Source: Planctomycetales bacterium (GTDB lineage: Bacteria; 4484-113). From it: a stretch of DNA of 64,000 nucleotides. Each line of letters begins with the position of its first letter. Position 1 is the stretch's first letter. Positions 10,199-22,570 of the stretch are shown here, in pieces. The stretch covers positions 32,001-96,000 of the forward strand of contig JBBIRS010000006.1 of NCBI GenBank assembly GCA_037441675.1, read 5' to 3'. The notes under the pieces were generated by a model. It was given only the letters and a program-made list of their open reading frames with translations. It searched no databases and had not been told where the DNA came from. The position numbers and the translations under genes were made by a program.

Positions 10199-10310
10199 TT
10201 TTGAGTGAATTGATTTTGCATTTGAAAAAATTTAGGCTAGAGCAGATAGGTGAATGGGTTTTATGAATTTAAGTATATATAGATAGTTTCTTAGTCATTT
10301 ATTAGAAGAA

Positions 10311-10586
10311 ATGAGGAGTACAGTTGTTGACAAAAGTGGTCATTCAAAGGCTGAGAGAGGAGCCACTGGTTCCGCGCGAGCTGACACTGGAAGTCGTACT
10401 GAAACAAACGCGGTTTCCCGTTACTTTAATGAGTTACGCATTGAGTGGAGTAAGATTACCTTTCCTAGCAAGAAAGAACTTTGGCAATCTACAATCGTAG
10501 TATTTATTTTCTCTATAGCGGTAACTATGGTGATTGCGTTTTACGATATTTTGGTGACTTTACTCTTTAGGTTTTTATTACCTTGA
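10311..10586 (+). CDS. secE: Preprotein translocase subunit SecE
   Basis: ELRIEWSKITFPSKKEL followed by one TM helix; upstream of nusG. Confidence 0.93.
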   Translation: MRSTVVDKSGHSKAERGATGSARADTGSRTETNAVSRYFNELRIEWSKITFPSKKELWQSTIVVFIFSIAVTMVIAFYDILVTLLFRFLLP

Positions 10587-10678
10587 AATTTAATCCAAAC
10601 TATTCGTATGAGGAAAGCTTGAGAAAAGTAGCAGGTAGTATAACTTTTGAATTTTGATAGCTATGGAGAGAAAATGAT

Positions 10679-11242
10679 ATGCCTTGGTATGTTATACATA
10701 CGTTAAGTGGATATGAAGAAAAAGTGGCGAGGACTTTGCGCCATATGAAGGAGTACGGCCAACTTGATGGCGATGTACATGAGATAGTTGTTCCTTACGA
10801 GAAAAGGCTCGAATCGGTTAAGGGCAAAAAGCACACGGTTGAACGAAAAATATTTCCCGGTTATGTTCTAATTCATATGAACCTCACAGATGAAAATAGA
10901 ATCATTCTAAAGCAAGTTCAGGGTGTTATAGGCTTTGTTGGTAGTGCATCATCTCCCCAGCCTCTTTCCCAGGAAGAGGTTGAATCCATTTTTGCAAGAA
11001 TGGAGATGCAGGATCCTCTACTTGAGACTTCTTACAAGGTTGGAGACACTGTGAAGGTTCTTGCAGGTCCCTTTGTAGATGCGATTGGGAAGGTCAAAGA
11101 GATTGATGCGGAAAAGAGGAAGGTAAAGATACTTATTTCACTTTTTGGGCGTGATACAACCGTTCAGCTGGACTTTGATCAGCTTGAGCCCTTTGAACCG
11201 GAAGGAGAAGCGCGTTCTACGCATTCTGAAGGTGAAGGTTAA
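10679..11242 (+). CDS. nusG: Transcription termination/antitermination factor NusG
   Basis: WYVIHTLSGYE, FPGYVLI and KOW motif GDTVKVLAGPF. Confidence 0.97.
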   Translation: MPWYVIHTLSGYEEKVARTLRHMKEYGQLDGDVHEIVVPYEKRLESVKGKKHTVERKIFPGYVLIHMNLTDENRIILKQVQGVIGFVGSASSPQPLSQEEVESIFARMEMQDPLLETSYKVGDTVKVLAGPFVDAIGKVKEIDAEKRKVKILISLFGRDTTVQLDFDQLEPFEPEGEARSTHSEGEG

Positions 11243-11247
11243 CTCCT

Positions 11248-11793
11248 ATGGCTAAGAAGGAAATACTAAAAGTAATCAAATTGCACCTGAAGGGCGGTGG
11301 GGCATCACCCGCACCTCCCCTTGGGCCCGCTCTCTCTCAAGCCGGTGTTCAAGTAATGGAGTTCTGCCGTCAGTTTAATGGGGCTTCTAAAAATCGAGCT
11401 GAAGAGACCATTCCAACTGAGATTATTATTTATAAGGACAAGAGCTTTGAATTCAAGCTGAAAACTCCAATTACGAGTGATTTAATAAAAAAGGAATTGG
11501 GCATTGAAAAGGGTTCCAGTGAACCAAACAGAATTAAAGCAGGTTTCCTCACTCGTGAACAAATAAAAAGGATTGCTGAGATTAAGCTTCCTGACCTTAA
11601 CACTACTGATATAGAGAGAGCTATTAAGATTATTGCAGGAACATGTAGGCAAATGGGCGTTGAAGTGGAAGGATTTGATTATAAAGTTACACACTCTTCT
11701 TTAGTTGGGAAGAAGAAAGAAGCTAAGTTGGTTTCAGTTGGAACTTCTCCTGAAAATGCCATAGGGAGTGAAGCATCAACGAGGGAATCTTAA
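11248..11793 (+). CDS. rplK: 50S ribosomal protein L11, with C-terminal tail
   Basis: [18 protein letters not shown] and [10 protein letters not shown] motifs. Confidence 0.96.
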   Translation: MAKKEILKVIKLHLKGGGASPAPPLGPALSQAGVQVMEFCRQFNGASKNRAEETIPTEIIIYKDKSFEFKLKTPITSDLIKKELGIEKGSSEPNRIKAGFLTREQIKRIAEIKLPDLNTTDIERAIKIIAGTCRQMGVEVEGFDYKVTHSSLVGKKKEAKLVSVGTSPENAIGSEASTRES

Positions 11794-11798
11794 TTATT

Positions 11799-12494
11799 AT
11801 GAAAAGATCAAAGAAATATTTGGAGATGAAGAAAAAGTTAACGACCGACGGAAAAGCGGTTTCGCTTCCAGAGGCGGTGACAAAACTCAAGGAGATTATA
11901 CGAGACTGGGAGCGCGTTGATATGGCGGTTCTGCTGGGTGTTGATCCTAGGAAGGCTGACCAAAGTGTGCGTGGTTCGGTTGTTCTTCCGCACGGTTCAG
12001 GTAAAGAGGTTAAAATTGCTGTTTTCGCCAAGGGAGAAAAGCTCACTGAGGCAAAGAACGCTGGTGCGGACTTTGTAGGGCTGGAAGATTTGATTGAGCA
12101 AATTCAAAAGGGAGAGATTAACTTTCATATCGCCATTGCAACACCAGATGTGATGAAGGAAGTAAGTAAAGTCGCAAAGATTCTCGGTCCGCGAGGTTTG
12201 ATGCCTAATCCTAAAAGTAGTACTGTGACCTTTGACGTTGCTCATACAATAAAAGAATTCAAATCCGGTAAAGTTAACTTCCGTGTGGACAAGGCTGGAG
12301 TAATTCATTCCTATATTGGCAAGGGCTCTTTTCAAGCTAACCAGCTAGTTGAAAATGCCCAGGCTCTTGTTTCTGAAATTGCTAGGTTGAAACCTCCTTC
12401 AGTAAAAGGTCAATACATCAAAAGCATCGCTATATCCGGTACACAAACTCCCTCAGTAAAAATAGATGTTCAAAGCGTGATAGGTGTTGGTTAA
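11799..12494 (+). CDS. rplA: 50S ribosomal protein L1
   Basis: [12 protein letters not shown] and [12 protein letters not shown] motifs. Confidence 0.97.
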   Translation: MKRSKKYLEMKKKLTTDGKAVSLPEAVTKLKEIIRDWERVDMAVLLGVDPRKADQSVRGSVVLPHGSGKEVKIAVFAKGEKLTEAKNAGADFVGLEDLIEQIQKGEINFHIAIATPDVMKEVSKVAKILGPRGLMPNPKSSTVTFDVAHTIKEFKSGKVNFRVDKAGVIHSYIGKGSFQANQLVENAQALVSEIARLKPPSVKGQYIKSIAISGTQTPSVKIDVQSVIGVG

Positions 12495-12496
12495 TT

Positions 12497-13018
12497 ATGC
12501 TAAGAATTGATAAAGAAAAAAAGGTTGATTACTACTCTAAGACAATAGAGTCTTCATTGTTCATCTTTTTTGTAGATCCGGAAAAGATAGGTATTAGAAC
12601 AATGCAAGAAATTAGGCAAAGGCTAGCAAGACTTGGTGCAAAGGCTGTTTATTTGAAGAATACATTGGCTCGTATAGTATTTGAGAGGAGGGGGTTAAAT
12701 CAGGTATGTGAGATTCTCACCGGACCATCACTTATGGTAACTGGAACTTCTGATGTCTCCGCAGTTGCTAAGTTAGTTAGAGAAGTTCAGCGAGATTCTA
12801 AAGATCAGTTATTTAAGGTCAAGGGCATATGGTTTGACAAAAAGCTTTACAGTGCGGAGGAGTTTAAGCTGTTTACCAGTTTACCAAGTCTCTTGGAATC
12901 TCGTTCAACACTTCTGGGGATATTTCGTCAGCCTACCCAGAATTTTGTGAACATCTTGTCTGAAACTCGAGCTAGGCTCGTAAGGTGTCTCAAGGCAAGA
13001 TCAGAAAAGGCTGAATAA
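12497..13018 (+). CDS. rplJ: 50S ribosomal protein L10 (divergent)
   Basis: KNTLARI, LTGPS and LPSL motifs; lies between rplA and rplL. Confidence 0.88.
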   Translation: MLRIDKEKKVDYYSKTIESSLFIFFVDPEKIGIRTMQEIRQRLARLGAKAVYLKNTLARIVFERRGLNQVCEILTGPSLMVTGTSDVSAVAKLVREVQRDSKDQLFKVKGIWFDKKLYSAEEFKLFTSLPSLLESRSTLLGIFRQPTQNFVNILSETRARLVRCLKARSEKAE

Positions 13019-13057
13019 AGGCTGTAAATACTATTATATTCAAAGGAGAAATGTGAG

Positions 13058-13441
13058 ATGGCAGAACTTGAGAAAATTATTGAGGAACTGGAGAAGCTAA
13101 ACGTTGTTCAGATTAATGAGCTTGTTAAAGCACTGGAGGAGAGGTGGGGAGTTACCGCATCAGCAATGGCAGCACCAATGGCTGTTTCGGTTCAGCCGAC
13201 CGCTACTGAGACTCAGGTGGAAGAAGAGAAAACCACCGTAGATCTGATTCTGAAGGATGCTGGTGACTCAAAATTACAGGTTATAAAAGTAATACGAGAG
13301 CTAGCTGGGCTTGGCTTAAAGGAGGCGAAGGAGCTTGCGGATAATGTTCCAAAGCCTATCAAGACTGGAATAAGCAGAGAGGAAGCGGAACAGCTTGCCG
13401 AGAAGTTTTCTGAGTTAGGTGCAGTTGTTGAGCTTCGATAA
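13058..13441 (+). CDS. rplL: 50S ribosomal protein L7/L12
   Basis: EEKT and KLQVIKVIRELAGLGLKEAKEL motifs. Confidence 0.97.
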   Translation: MAELEKIIEELEKLNVVQINELVKALEERWGVTASAMAAPMAVSVQPTATETQVEEEKTTVDLILKDAGDSKLQVIKVIRELAGLGLKEAKELADNVPKPIKTGISREEAEQLAEKFSELGAVVELR

Positions 13442-13524
13442 TAGTGGGATTAAAAATCGCCATTTAATTTTGGCGCGTTTTTGCGCGTAAAATGCCCGGA
13501 TAGGGTTTTACGGAGGTAGAAAAG

Positions 13525-16500
13525 TTGACTAAAATAATTCAAGAAAGGGTTGCATTAAGTGAAGGGAATGAAAGCTATCCACTTCCGCCACTTCTTGACA
13601 TTCAAATTCGATCCTTTGAATGGTTTCTATTTGAAGGGATTGATTCAGTGATGAACGAGTTCTTTCCTATCCAAAGCAAGGATGGGAGGTACGAACTTAA
13701 GTACGTTCGTTCCAAAGTCTTACTGCCGGAGCATACTGTAGAAGAATGTTTAGAGAATGGTCTTGATTATTCTTGCAGGATATATGCTAGGATTGCTTTT
13801 TATGACCATGGTGGGAAGGGTGAGATAAAAGAGCATGAGGTATACATAACAGACCTTCCCTTTATGACTCGTGATGGTACTTTCATAATCAACGGAGTAG
13901 AGCGAGTAGTAGTCAGCCAACTAGTTCGATCTCCTGGGGTTTACTTTACAACTGGTGAAAAGCGAACCGCAAATGAAAGCGCACACATGGTGAAGATAAT
14001 TCCCTACCGTGGTGCATGGTTACGCTTTGAGTATGACATCAAGAGTGAAGCTTACCAAGTTCGCCTCGATTCTCCAAGAAGAGTTATCAAAGTAGCGATG
14101 ATTGATTTTCTTATGGCTCTAGGTTTCGTAGTGGATTTAGAGGAGGAACGGATTTATCTTTCTGAAGAAGAAAAAACAAGGTTTACCGAAAAATATGGTA
14201 TCTCGCTAGGCAAGGATGTTTGGCCAAATCAAGAAATGCTGATTGAAGATAAACTTAGGCCAACCCTACGTTCTCGTTCTCAGAGCGTGCGGAGTAAAGA
14301 AGACGCACAAAAGGAGATTTGGAGAAAGCTACACCCTACAGATCCTTACAGCAAGGAGATGTTAGAAAACATACTTCCTTCTCGCTTCTTTGATGCTAAA
14401 CATTACGACTTAGCTCCAGTAGGAAGGTTCGTCTTGAATCAAAAACTAGGCTTAAGTTTTCCCTTAACAACTTGCATATTAACGCCTGCGGACATATTTG
14501 AGGCTTTCCGAGCGCTGTATGGGCTTCAAGAGTTTGGCGATCGCCCCCTTGACGATATGGAGCACCTCAACCTGGAGAATAGAAGGGTGGAGCACATTGG
14601 AGAACAGCTAGTTGGGCAGTTCCGAAAAGGGCTGACGCGCACAGAGAGGATGACCATTGAAAAGTTAATGCTTCCAGATGCATACAAAGAGACGCCGAAG
14701 ACTCTAGTCAACACGAGACCAATCATCGCCGCAGTAAAGGAGTTCTTCGGTTCTTCTCAGATGAGTCAGTTTATGGACAACACTAATCCGCTCGCATCCT
14801 TGACCCATAAGCGAAGGCTAACCGCACTTGGTCCCAAGGGGCTGACCAGGGAAGCCGCTAGATTTGACTTTAGAGATGTTCACTACTCCCACTACGGTAG
14901 GATTTGTCCTATAGAATCACCTGAAGGTCCAAATATCGGGCTCATCAGCTCCCTTGCAGGATTTGCAAGGGTAAATGAACTTGGATTCATTGAAACTCCT
15001 TACTATGTTGTTAAAGAAGGAAAGTTAACGGGTGAAATCAAGTATCTATCTTCACAGGATGAGTATGATTTAGCGATAGCACCATCAACGGTAAAGATTG
15101 AAGATGGGAAAATTGTAGATGATGGCTTAATCTACGTAAGAAAGCGCGGTTCATACGAACAGGTACGGGTGCAGGAGGTAGACCTTGTCGAAGTTTCACA
15201 TGCTCAATTCATTTCTGTGACAACGAGTTTGATCCCATTCTTGGAGCATGATGACCCTATCCGTGCCCTAATGGGGAGCAACATGCAGAGGCAAGCGGTT
15301 CCACTTCTTTTCCCGGATAGCCCACTTGTTGGGACGGGAGTGGAGCGCAAAATCGCGGAGGACGCTGGTTCACTATTGGTTTCGCCCTTCTGTGGTGAGG
15401 TAGTTTACGCAGATAGCCAAAAAATTATTTTACGTAAATCGGTTGTATTTGACCGTTTGACGGGTGAAATTTTTGACTTTCCTAATCTGGAAAAGGTTGA
15501 AAAGGAGCAGGAGTTAACGAGAGAGAAATTCAACTATTTGTTTAGCCCGCCTGAGTCAAAGAAAAATATTTTCCGCAGGGTTCCGTTTAGCGACAGGGGA
15601 ATTAGACGGCTCAGGAAGGAATCTCAGCACGAAGTTGAAATTACATTAAGGAAGTTTCACCGAAGTAATCAAGGAACATTGATTAACAATAGACCACTGG
15701 TGAAGGCGGGTTATCCTGTCATTAAGGGAGATCTCCTTGCGGATACAGCCTCTACAAAGGATGGAGAATTAGCTTTAGGCAAGAACGTACTCGTGGCTTT
15801 TCTTTCGTGGCGTGGCTACAACTTTGAAGATGCTATTGTAGTAGGTGAACAGCTTATAAAGAACGACACCTTCACCTCTGTTCATATTGAGAGGTATGAG
15901 TGCGAGGCTAGAACAACCAAATTGGGACCTGAAAGAATAACACGAGAGATGGCTGGTATTCAGGAAGAGTATTTAGAGAAGAACTTGGATGAGCGTGGAA
16001 TTATCAGGGTGGGAGCTGAGGTTAAGAGCGGAGATATCCTTGTTGGCAAAATAACACCAAGAAGTGAAAGCGAGCTATCTGGAGAGGAAAAGCTTATCAG
16101 GGCGGTTTTTGGTGACAAAGGAAAAGGCTTCAGGAATACTCCACTTAAAGTTCCCCATGGCCAGGAAGGTGTAGTTATATCAACGTCCTACTACAGCAGA
16201 GGAGATGATATTGAACTACCTCATAGTGTTCTAGAGATGGCTCGCGTATACGTAGCAAAGAAGCGTAAGCTCTCCGTCGGTGATAAACTTTCTGGTAGAC
16301 ATGGAAATAAAGGTGTCGTAAGTGTTATCCTCCCCGAAGAAGATATGCCCTTCTTGCCAGATGGCACGCCTGTGGATATTATTTTCAATCCACTCGGCGT
16401 TCCCTCAAGAATGAACGTAGGCCAGCTACTCGAGACTCATCTAGGCTTAGCAGTAGCTTGCGTTGAAAAGGATGATACTAAATTCATTGAAACTGTGAAA

Positions 16501-17160
16501 AGCCTGCCGAGTTGGGATGATGTACCAGTTAACAAAGCCGAAGTTGCAAGTGAAGTGAAGGACATATGGTTGAAGCCTGCGAAAAATCCACTGAAAGTTA
16601 AGAATCCGGTGTTTCAATCCGTGACTGAAGCAAAGATACGCGGTATGTTCAAGTTTCTCTCACTACCTCTTGATGGGAAGACAATTATTTACGATGGTCT
16701 CACTGGACTCCCCTTTAAGGAGCGGGTAACAGTTGGTTATATGTACGTAATGAAACTTAATCATCTAGTTGATGACAAGGTTCACGCTCGTTCAACGGGT
16801 TCATATGCGCTCATCACTCAACAACCTCTAGGTGGAAAAGCCCAGTTTGGTGGTCAGAGGCTTGGAGAAATGGAAGTCTGGGCGCTTGAAGGTTATGGTG
16901 CTAGCAATATCCTCAAGGAAATGCTCACTGTAAAGAGCGACGATGTTACAGGTAGGCTTAGAACTTATCGGGCTATCGTTAATGGAGACGTAATCCCAGA
17001 GCCGGGAATACCAGAGTCTTTTTACGTAATGGTGAATGAGCTTAAAGGTCTCTGTCTAGATGTGGATATAATCCACGAGGAAGAGGAGGAGAGAGCTGTG
17101 TTAGGCCCCGCTGTTAAGGGAGCAAGAATAATCCAGAAAACGGAGGAAGTCTTTGAATAA
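13525..17160 (+). CDS. rpoB: RNA polymerase beta subunit
   Basis: [12 protein letters not shown] and [14 protein letters not shown] motifs; TTG start with SD GGAGG. Confidence 0.99.
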   Translation: MTKIIQERVALSEGNESYPLPPLLDIQIRSFEWFLFEGIDSVMNEFFPIQSKDGRYELKYVRSKVLLPEHTVEECLENGLDYSCRIYARIAFYDHGGKGEIKEHEVYITDLPFMTRDGTFIINGVERVVVSQLVRSPGVYFTTGEKRTANESAHMVKIIPYRGAWLRFEYDIKSEAYQVRLDSPRRVIKVAMIDFLMALGFVVDLEEERIYLSEEEKTRFTEKYGISLGKDVWPNQEMLIEDKLRPTLRSRSQSVRSKEDAQKEIWRKLHPTDPYSKEMLENILPSRFFDAKHYDLAPVGRFVLNQKLGLSFPLTTCILTPADIFEAFRALYGLQEFGDRPLDDMEHLNLENRRVEHIGEQLVGQFRKGLTRTERMTIEKLMLPDAYKETPKTLVNTRPIIAAVKEFFGSSQMSQFMDNTNPLASLTHKRRLTALGPKGLTREAARFDFRDVHYSHYGRICPIESPEGPNIGLISSLAGFARVNELGFIETPYYVVKEGKLTGEIKYLSSQDEYDLAIAPSTVKIEDGKIVDDGLIYVRKRGSYEQVRVQEVDLVEVSHAQFISVTTSLIPFLEHDDPIRALMGSNMQRQAVPLLFPDSPLVGTGVERKIAEDAGSLLVSPFCGEVVYADSQKIILRKSVVFDRLTGEIFDFPNLEKVEKEQELTREKFNYLFSPPESKKNIFRRVPFSDRGIRRLRKESQHEVEITLRKFHRSNQGTLINNRPLVKAGYPVIKGDLLADTASTKDGELALGKNVLVAFLSWRGYNFEDAIVVGEQLIKNDTFTSVHIERYECEARTTKLGPERITREMAGIQEEYLEKNLDERGIIRVGAEVKSGDILVGKITPRSESELSGEEKLIRAVFGDKGKGFRNTPLKVPHGQEGVVISTSYYSRGDDIELPHSVLEMARVYVAKKRKLSVGDKLSGRHGNKGVVSVILPEEDMPFLPDGTPVDIIFNPLGVPSRMNVGQLLETHLGLAVACVEKDDTKFIETVKSLPSWDDVPVNKAEVASEVKDIWLKPAKNPLKVKNPVFQSVTEAKIRGMFKFLSLPLDGKTIIYDGLTGLPFKERVTVGYMYVMKLNHLVDDKVHARSTGSYALITQQPLGGKAQFGGQRLGEMEVWALEGYGASNILKEMLTVKSDDVTGRLRTYRAIVNGDVIPEPGIPESFYVMVNELKGLCLDVDIIHEEEEERAVLGPAVKGARIIQKTEEVFE

Positions 17161-20100
17161 CCCAAGAATAATTAGAGCAAGAACTGATTCAGAAGTTGAA
17201 CATCGCCAGATAAAGGGCATAACCCTTGGGCTAGCTTCTCCGGAAAGAATTCTTCAGTGGTCACATGGCGAAGTCAAAAAGCCCGAAACCTTCAACTACA
17301 GAACATACAAGCCTGAGAGGGATGGCCTTTTCTGCGAACGAATTTTTGGTCCTACAAAGGATTATGAGTGCGCTTGTGGAAAGTATAAGAAAATAAGGTA
17401 TAAGGGAACCATCTGTGAGAGGTGTGGTGTTGAAGTTACTTCTTCTAGGGTTAGGCGAGAACGCATTGGTCACATCAGACTGGCATCCCCTGTGGCTCAC
17501 ATTTGGTTTACAAAATCTATCCCGAACGTCTTCTCGGCTCTTCTAGGCATTAACAGCAAAGAAATTGAAAAGGTTATTTACTTCGTTAACTGGATTGTAG
17601 TGGACAAGGATGACAAGTGGTTAAGCGCGAATCTTTCTAAGATAACCACAGAAGCGGAGAAGAGAAAATCTGAGCTTGAAGCGGAAAAGAACAAACTAAG
17701 AGAGATTAAGGAACTTGACCTTTTTGAAGTTTGCAAACAGGTGCCCGATCTTACTTCACATGAAAAGAGAGAGATTACAGAAGCTGAGAAGGCGTTCAAC
17801 GCTCGCAGTAAAGATGAAAAAACACTTGAAAGGTATAGTTTTATGAAAGAGGTTATTACCCGAAGTCCAGAGCTTAGAGATTATGAAGCCCTTGAAAGTA
17901 TCACCGATCCTAAAACTAGAGAAGTAATAGTTCGAGGCGACGAGCACCAAATCCTCACCCCAGCGATTGTTAGTAAACTGATTGACTTAAGACGTTTCCG
18001 AATTAAGGTTGAAAGCAGAAAAAAGTCAATTGAAATTACCAAAAGGCTAGAGGAGATAAACCAAGAGATTAAAAACTTGACTGAAGGACTAGAGAAGATA
18101 ACAAAGTGCAAAAAGCTGGACAGGCTTACAGACAAGGAACAGGAGAGCGTAAGAACTATCCTTAGACTAGTAGAAGTTAGGCTATTTCCAGAGATTACCG
18201 AATACCTTAAAATCGGTATTGGTGCGTCAGCGGTTCAAGAAATTCTAAAGAAATTAGATTTGAATCAATTAGCAAAGTCGCTAATCTCCGAGTTATCAAA
18301 AACTGTTAATCAGAAAGGTTCCAGTCAAAAGAGAGCCAAGCTGATAAAGCGACTAAAGATTGTTCGCTCCTTTATCAATTCCGGTAATCGTCCAGAGTGG
18401 ATGATTATTGAAATTCTGCCAGTTCTACCTCCCGATCTTAGGCCTATGGTAGAGCTTGAAGGTGGAAGGTTTGCCAGTAGCGACTTGAATGACCTTTACC
18501 GACGGGTGATAAATAGAAACAATCGCTTGAAGAAGCTAATTGAAATTAGAGCCCCGGAGAGCATACTTAGGAACGAGCGTAGGATGCTACAAGAAGCGGT
18601 CGATTCGTTAATTGATAATGGTCGTCGTGGTAGGAGTGCGGTAACTGTTGGTAATCGCCCATTAAAGAGCCTTTCAGATATGCTTAAAGGAAAGCACGGA
18701 AGGTTTCGCCAGAATCTATTGGGCAAACGAGTTGACTACTCAGGCAGAAGCGTAATAGTGGTTGGTCCAAAGTTAAGACTGCATCAATGTGGCTTACCAA
18801 AGGAGATGGCACTGGAACTCTTCAAGTCTTTCGTGCTCGCTCCTTTGATCGATCCTACTGATCCAAGTAGGAGCATCGCCACTGCGCGAAGGTTAATTGA
18901 GAAGGCAGAGGATGAGAAAGTTTGGGATGCTCTGGACAAGGTTATTAAGGCGCATCCCGTTCTGTTAAATCGCGCCCCAACCTTGCACAGGCTCTCCATC
19001 CAAGCTTTTGAGCCTGTTCTGATTGAAGGCAAAGCGATTCAACTACATCCCCTCGTTTGTGCTGCTTATAACGCCGACTTTGATGGCGACCAGATGGCTG
19101 TTCATGTTCCACTCTCAATGGCGAGTCAAACAGAAGCAAGAACTCTAATGCTCTCGGCGAATAACCTCTTCTTACCTGCGGATGGTAAACCTATAATTTC
19201 CGCCTCCCACGATATTGTTTTGGGCATCTACTATCTTACTCAAACTCCTGATGGTTTACCTGTTCACTGCAATTGCGCTTTATGTGTTTCTCGGAGTAGC
19301 TCAAAATCTCTTCAATCTGTGAATGATCATCCCCTGCATAAGAGGTTCACTTCATGCGAGGAAGCCCTACTTGCGTATGAGAATAGTAGAATCACTCTTC
19401 ACGAACCGATTGAGGTTGAGGTCAATCGTCCAGTATTTAACAGTGAAGACTTCTCCGTTGAACCAGAAGTACCTAAATCAACAATTATGACTACTGCAGG
19501 TAGGATACTGTTTAATGAAATCTTCTGGTCTATGGAGAAAGAACTTGGTGTTTCAGATGATAAGAAAATCCCCTTTATGAATTTTCCCATGGATAAAGGT
19601 GCTTTGGCGTCAATTTTATCCTATACCTATGAGCGCCTAGGACAGCGGTTCACTGTGCTACTTGCTGATGCCTTAAAGTACTTGGGCTTTGAAACTGCAA
19701 CAACATCAGGAATTACAGTAGGTATCAACGATTTAACGATTCCCTCTGAGAAACCGGAGATTATCGCCCGTGCGGACAAGTTGTCATCTGAGATCTGGAG
19801 TAAATTCAATAAGGAGCTAATCACTAGAAACGAGAAAGATGAGGAAATAGCGCGGATTTGGGACCAAGCAACCAAGGACCTAACCAAGGCGATGAAGGAG
19901 AACTTTGCCGTTTTCAATCCTGTGTTTATGATGCAGGAGAGTGGAGCTCGTGGCAAGATTGACCAAGTCCGTCAGCTAGCGGGAATGCGTGGCCTACTTG
20001 TGGGTCCTACTGGTAGAGTCCTTGATATTCCAATTAAGAGTAACTTCCGGGAAGGACTTAGCGTATTTGAATACTTTATTTCCACTCACGGAGGACGTAA

Positions 20101-21583
20101 AGGTCTTGTTGACACCGCTCTTAAGACAGCTGATAGCGGTTACTTAACTAGACGCCTTGTGGATGTTGCGGTAGACGTTAGCATTTCAGAGAGAGATTGT
20201 GGAACTAAAGAAGGAATTGAAGTTAAGCTGGGCTCTTCCAGACACGAAACTCCCAAGAAAGCAAAGAAGATGCTTGTGGGAAGGGTATTGGCTGAGAACG
20301 TTGTAGCTGGCAGAGGTGGGAAAGTCCTCTTTGAGCGTGGTACTGAGATAACTTCAAGGATAGTGGATGAATTGTTCGAGCGCAAGGTTGAATCAGTAAA
20401 GGTTCGTTCCGTCTTGACCTGCGAATCAACTGAAGGAGTCTGTGCTTTGTGTTACGGTTGGGACTTAGCATCAGGTCGTCTTGCAGAAATCGGCGATCCC
20501 GTAGGTGTTATTGCGGCACAGAGCATTGGCGAGCCAGGAACTCAGCTTACAATGCGCACTTTTCACACAGGTGGTATTAAGGGAAGGGATATTACACAAG
20601 GTTTGCCCTATGTAGAGAGTCTGTTTGAAGTCAGAGGCGCGAAACATCCTTTCGTCCTTGCTGAACGTGAAGGTGTTGTGAAGGATATTACAAAAATAGT
20701 TTATTGGCGTGTTGTTATTCAAGACCCAGAAGGTTACACCACGAAGTCTTACACTATCCAATGTAGTGAGGAAGAAAAACTACCGATAACCTATCAAATG
20801 AGGGTAACCCGCGGTACCCCTCTTGACCCTGCTAAAAAGGTAGTTGCGGAAATAGGAGGCATAGTCACTCATCTTTACACCGATTATAAGAGTACTTACC
20901 ATCGTATCACCATTGTCCATGATGATGGCACTGAGAAGGTTTATGAAACACCTCATGAGAATCGTCGTCCTCTTGTTCAAATTGGCGATAGAGTGGAGAA
21001 AGCCCAGCCTTTGTGTGACGGTGATTTAGATATAAGGCAGTATCATTCTCTTGTAGGAGACCTGAAAACACAAATGTATCTTGTTAATACTATTCAGGAC
21101 ATCTACGAGTCTCAGAACGTTAACACGAACAGTAAGCACATAGAAGTGATTGCGAAGCAGATGATTAAGGTGGTTGAGGTTCTACATCCTGGCGATGCTG
21201 AAAACCTTTACGAAGGGGACTTGGTTCCTAAGCGCGAGTTTGAAATCTTGGTGGCGAAGTTAAAGAAGGAAGGTAAAAAACCACCACGCGGTAGAAGTCT
21301 GCTACAGGGTATTTCAAAGGCATCACTCACCACGGACTCATGGCTCGCCGCTGCGTCATTTCAAGAAACGACGCGTGTCCTTACTAAGGCGGCGATTGAG
21401 GGTCAGGTTGACCGTTTGCGCGGTATTAAGGAAAACGTAATTGCCGGTTCGCTGATTCCTGTTGGTACTGGAAGAGTCGTAAGGGATGTGCATAAGGCAC
21501 TCCGTGAAGGCGTTCCTGGGCAAGTTAAACGCTTCTTTGAAGTGGAAGAGGAGGAAGAAAAACCCGTTAGTGGTCTTTTCTGA
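17153..21583 (+). CDS. rpoC: RNA polymerase beta' subunit
   Basis: [20 protein letters not shown]-terminal Zn ribbon, QLTMRTFH. Confidence 0.99.
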   Translation: MNNPRIIRARTDSEVEHRQIKGITLGLASPERILQWSHGEVKKPETFNYRTYKPERDGLFCERIFGPTKDYECACGKYKKIRYKGTICERCGVEVTSSRVRRERIGHIRLASPVAHIWFTKSIPNVFSALLGINSKEIEKVIYFVNWIVVDKDDKWLSANLSKITTEAEKRKSELEAEKNKLREIKELDLFEVCKQVPDLTSHEKREITEAEKAFNARSKDEKTLERYSFMKEVITRSPELRDYEALESITDPKTREVIVRGDEHQILTPAIVSKLIDLRRFRIKVESRKKSIEITKRLEEINQEIKNLTEGLEKITKCKKLDRLTDKEQESVRTILRLVEVRLFPEITEYLKIGIGASAVQEILKKLDLNQLAKSLISELSKTVNQKGSSQKRAKLIKRLKIVRSFINSGNRPEWMIIEILPVLPPDLRPMVELEGGRFASSDLNDLYRRVINRNNRLKKLIEIRAPESILRNERRMLQEAVDSLIDNGRRGRSAVTVGNRPLKSLSDMLKGKHGRFRQNLLGKRVDYSGRSVIVVGPKLRLHQCGLPKEMALELFKSFVLAPLIDPTDPSRSIATARRLIEKAEDEKVWDALDKVIKAHPVLLNRAPTLHRLSIQAFEPVLIEGKAIQLHPLVCAAYNADFDGDQMAVHVPLSMASQTEARTLMLSANNLFLPADGKPIISASHDIVLGIYYLTQTPDGLPVHCNCALCVSRSSSKSLQSVNDHPLHKRFTSCEEALLAYENSRITLHEPIEVEVNRPVFNSEDFSVEPEVPKSTIMTTAGRILFNEIFWSMEKELGVSDDKKIPFMNFPMDKGALASILSYTYERLGQRFTVLLADALKYLGFETATTSGITVGINDLTIPSEKPEIIARADKLSSEIWSKFNKELITRNEKDEEIARIWDQATKDLTKAMKENFAVFNPVFMMQESGARGKIDQVRQLAGMRGLLVGPTGRVLDIPIKSNFREGLSVFEYFISTHGGRKGLVDTALKTADSGYLTRRLVDVAVDVSISERDCGTKEGIEVKLGSSRHETPKKAKKMLVGRVLAENVVAGRGGKVLFERGTEITSRIVDELFERKVESVKVRSVLTCESTEGVCALCYGWDLASGRLAEIGDPVGVIAAQSIGEPGTQLTMRTFHTGGIKGRDITQGLPYVESLFEVRGAKHPFVLAEREGVVKDITKIVYWRVVIQDPEGYTTKSYTIQCSEEEKLPITYQMRVTRGTPLDPAKKVVAEIGGIVTHLYTDYKSTYHRITIVHDDGTEKVYETPHENRRPLVQIGDRVEKAQPLCDGDLDIRQYHSLVGDLKTQMYLVNTIQDIYESQNVNTNSKHIEVIAKQMIKVVEVLHPGDAENLYEGDLVPKREFEILVAKLKKEGKKPPRGRSLLQGISKASLTTDSWLAAASFQETTRVLTKAAIEGQVDRLRGIKENVIAGSLIPVGTGRVVRDVHKALREGVPGQVKRFFEVEEEEEKPVSGLF

Positions 21584-21842
21584 TCCATTATGTGGTTATG
21601 AGTTGTTGTCACTTGAATTTAATCGGTAAGCTCCGTGAACGCAAGCCCATCTTTTTAACTAATCGTGAATTGTAAATCTCTTTCACCTGCTGATAATATC
21701 TTATTTCATAGAGTTTTATTACTGTGACTACTTCACTTGTCAGGGGCCAACTTGCCATAACAAAAGTTCTTCCCATTTAAGTAAAGCGGTTCAGCTTGCA
21801 TTACCAATCTTTGGAGAGAGTTTTATAATAGTATTACTTGGA

Positions 21843-22370
21843 ATGCCTAACGTAGATTCACTTCCTGAAGAGTCGCTGATTAACACTGGTGCTACATCTA
21901 CACTATCTGATATTCAAGATGTTTCTCAAGATATTTCAGCGCCCCAACCAGAATTTATAAAGTGGTCATTCAAACCATGGAAGGAACATCCGCTGCGCGC
22001 GCTGGCAGTTATCATCATCAATCTCGCAATTACCCTACTTATCTATTTCCTCTATAGAGATTTAGTAATGACTGACTTTGCGTTTCTTGTGATGTTTGGA
22101 ATGACGTTAACAATTTATATTCCAGTGACGTATTTGCTAGATGATGCGGGCGTTACCGTAATTTTCTTATCTGTTAAAAGCTTCCGACCCTGGAGTCATT
22201 ATAAAAACTGCTATTTTCATGAAAATGGTGTTTTTCTCACCTCTCTTCCCAAACCGAGCAGGCTTGACCCATTCAGGGGTCATTTTATTAGATTTTCAAA
22301 AGACAGAGAACTGATTTCTCTTTTTATTAAATCACACCTCAAAAAGCCTTCTAGCAAAAACTCGGTGTGA
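21843..22370 (+). CDS. Hypothetical membrane protein (2 TM plus soluble C-terminal domain)
   Basis: 175-aa ORF with two hydrophobic helices; TTACCA-17-TATAAT upstream. Confidence 0.7.
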   Translation: MPNVDSLPEESLINTGATSTLSDIQDVSQDISAPQPEFIKWSFKPWKEHPLRALAVIIINLAITLLIYFLYRDLVMTDFAFLVMFGMTLTIYIPVTYLLDDAGVTVIFLSVKSFRPWSHYKNCYFHENGVFLTSLPKPSRLDPFRGHFIRFSKDRELISLFIKSHLKKPSSKNSV

Positions 22371-22570
22371 AGTGCGAACTTTACATAATGTTGTAATTAG
22401 AGTAGGCGCGGTCTCCGACTTTTACCAAATATTTTTCTATAAATTTCGCAACTATAGCTAGCGAATGCTCCCAATTTTCAAGCGCGTTTATATCTGAGTA
22501 AGATAAGTCTTTGCGATAGTCAAGCGCATAAAAAGGCATTTTGGTTTGGAGATTGGTTGAAAAGCAAAAT

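Noticed and set aside
9967..10266. ORFs of 84 aa (-) and 62 aa (+)
   Set aside because: They overlap tRNA-Trp or rpmG and show no protein features.
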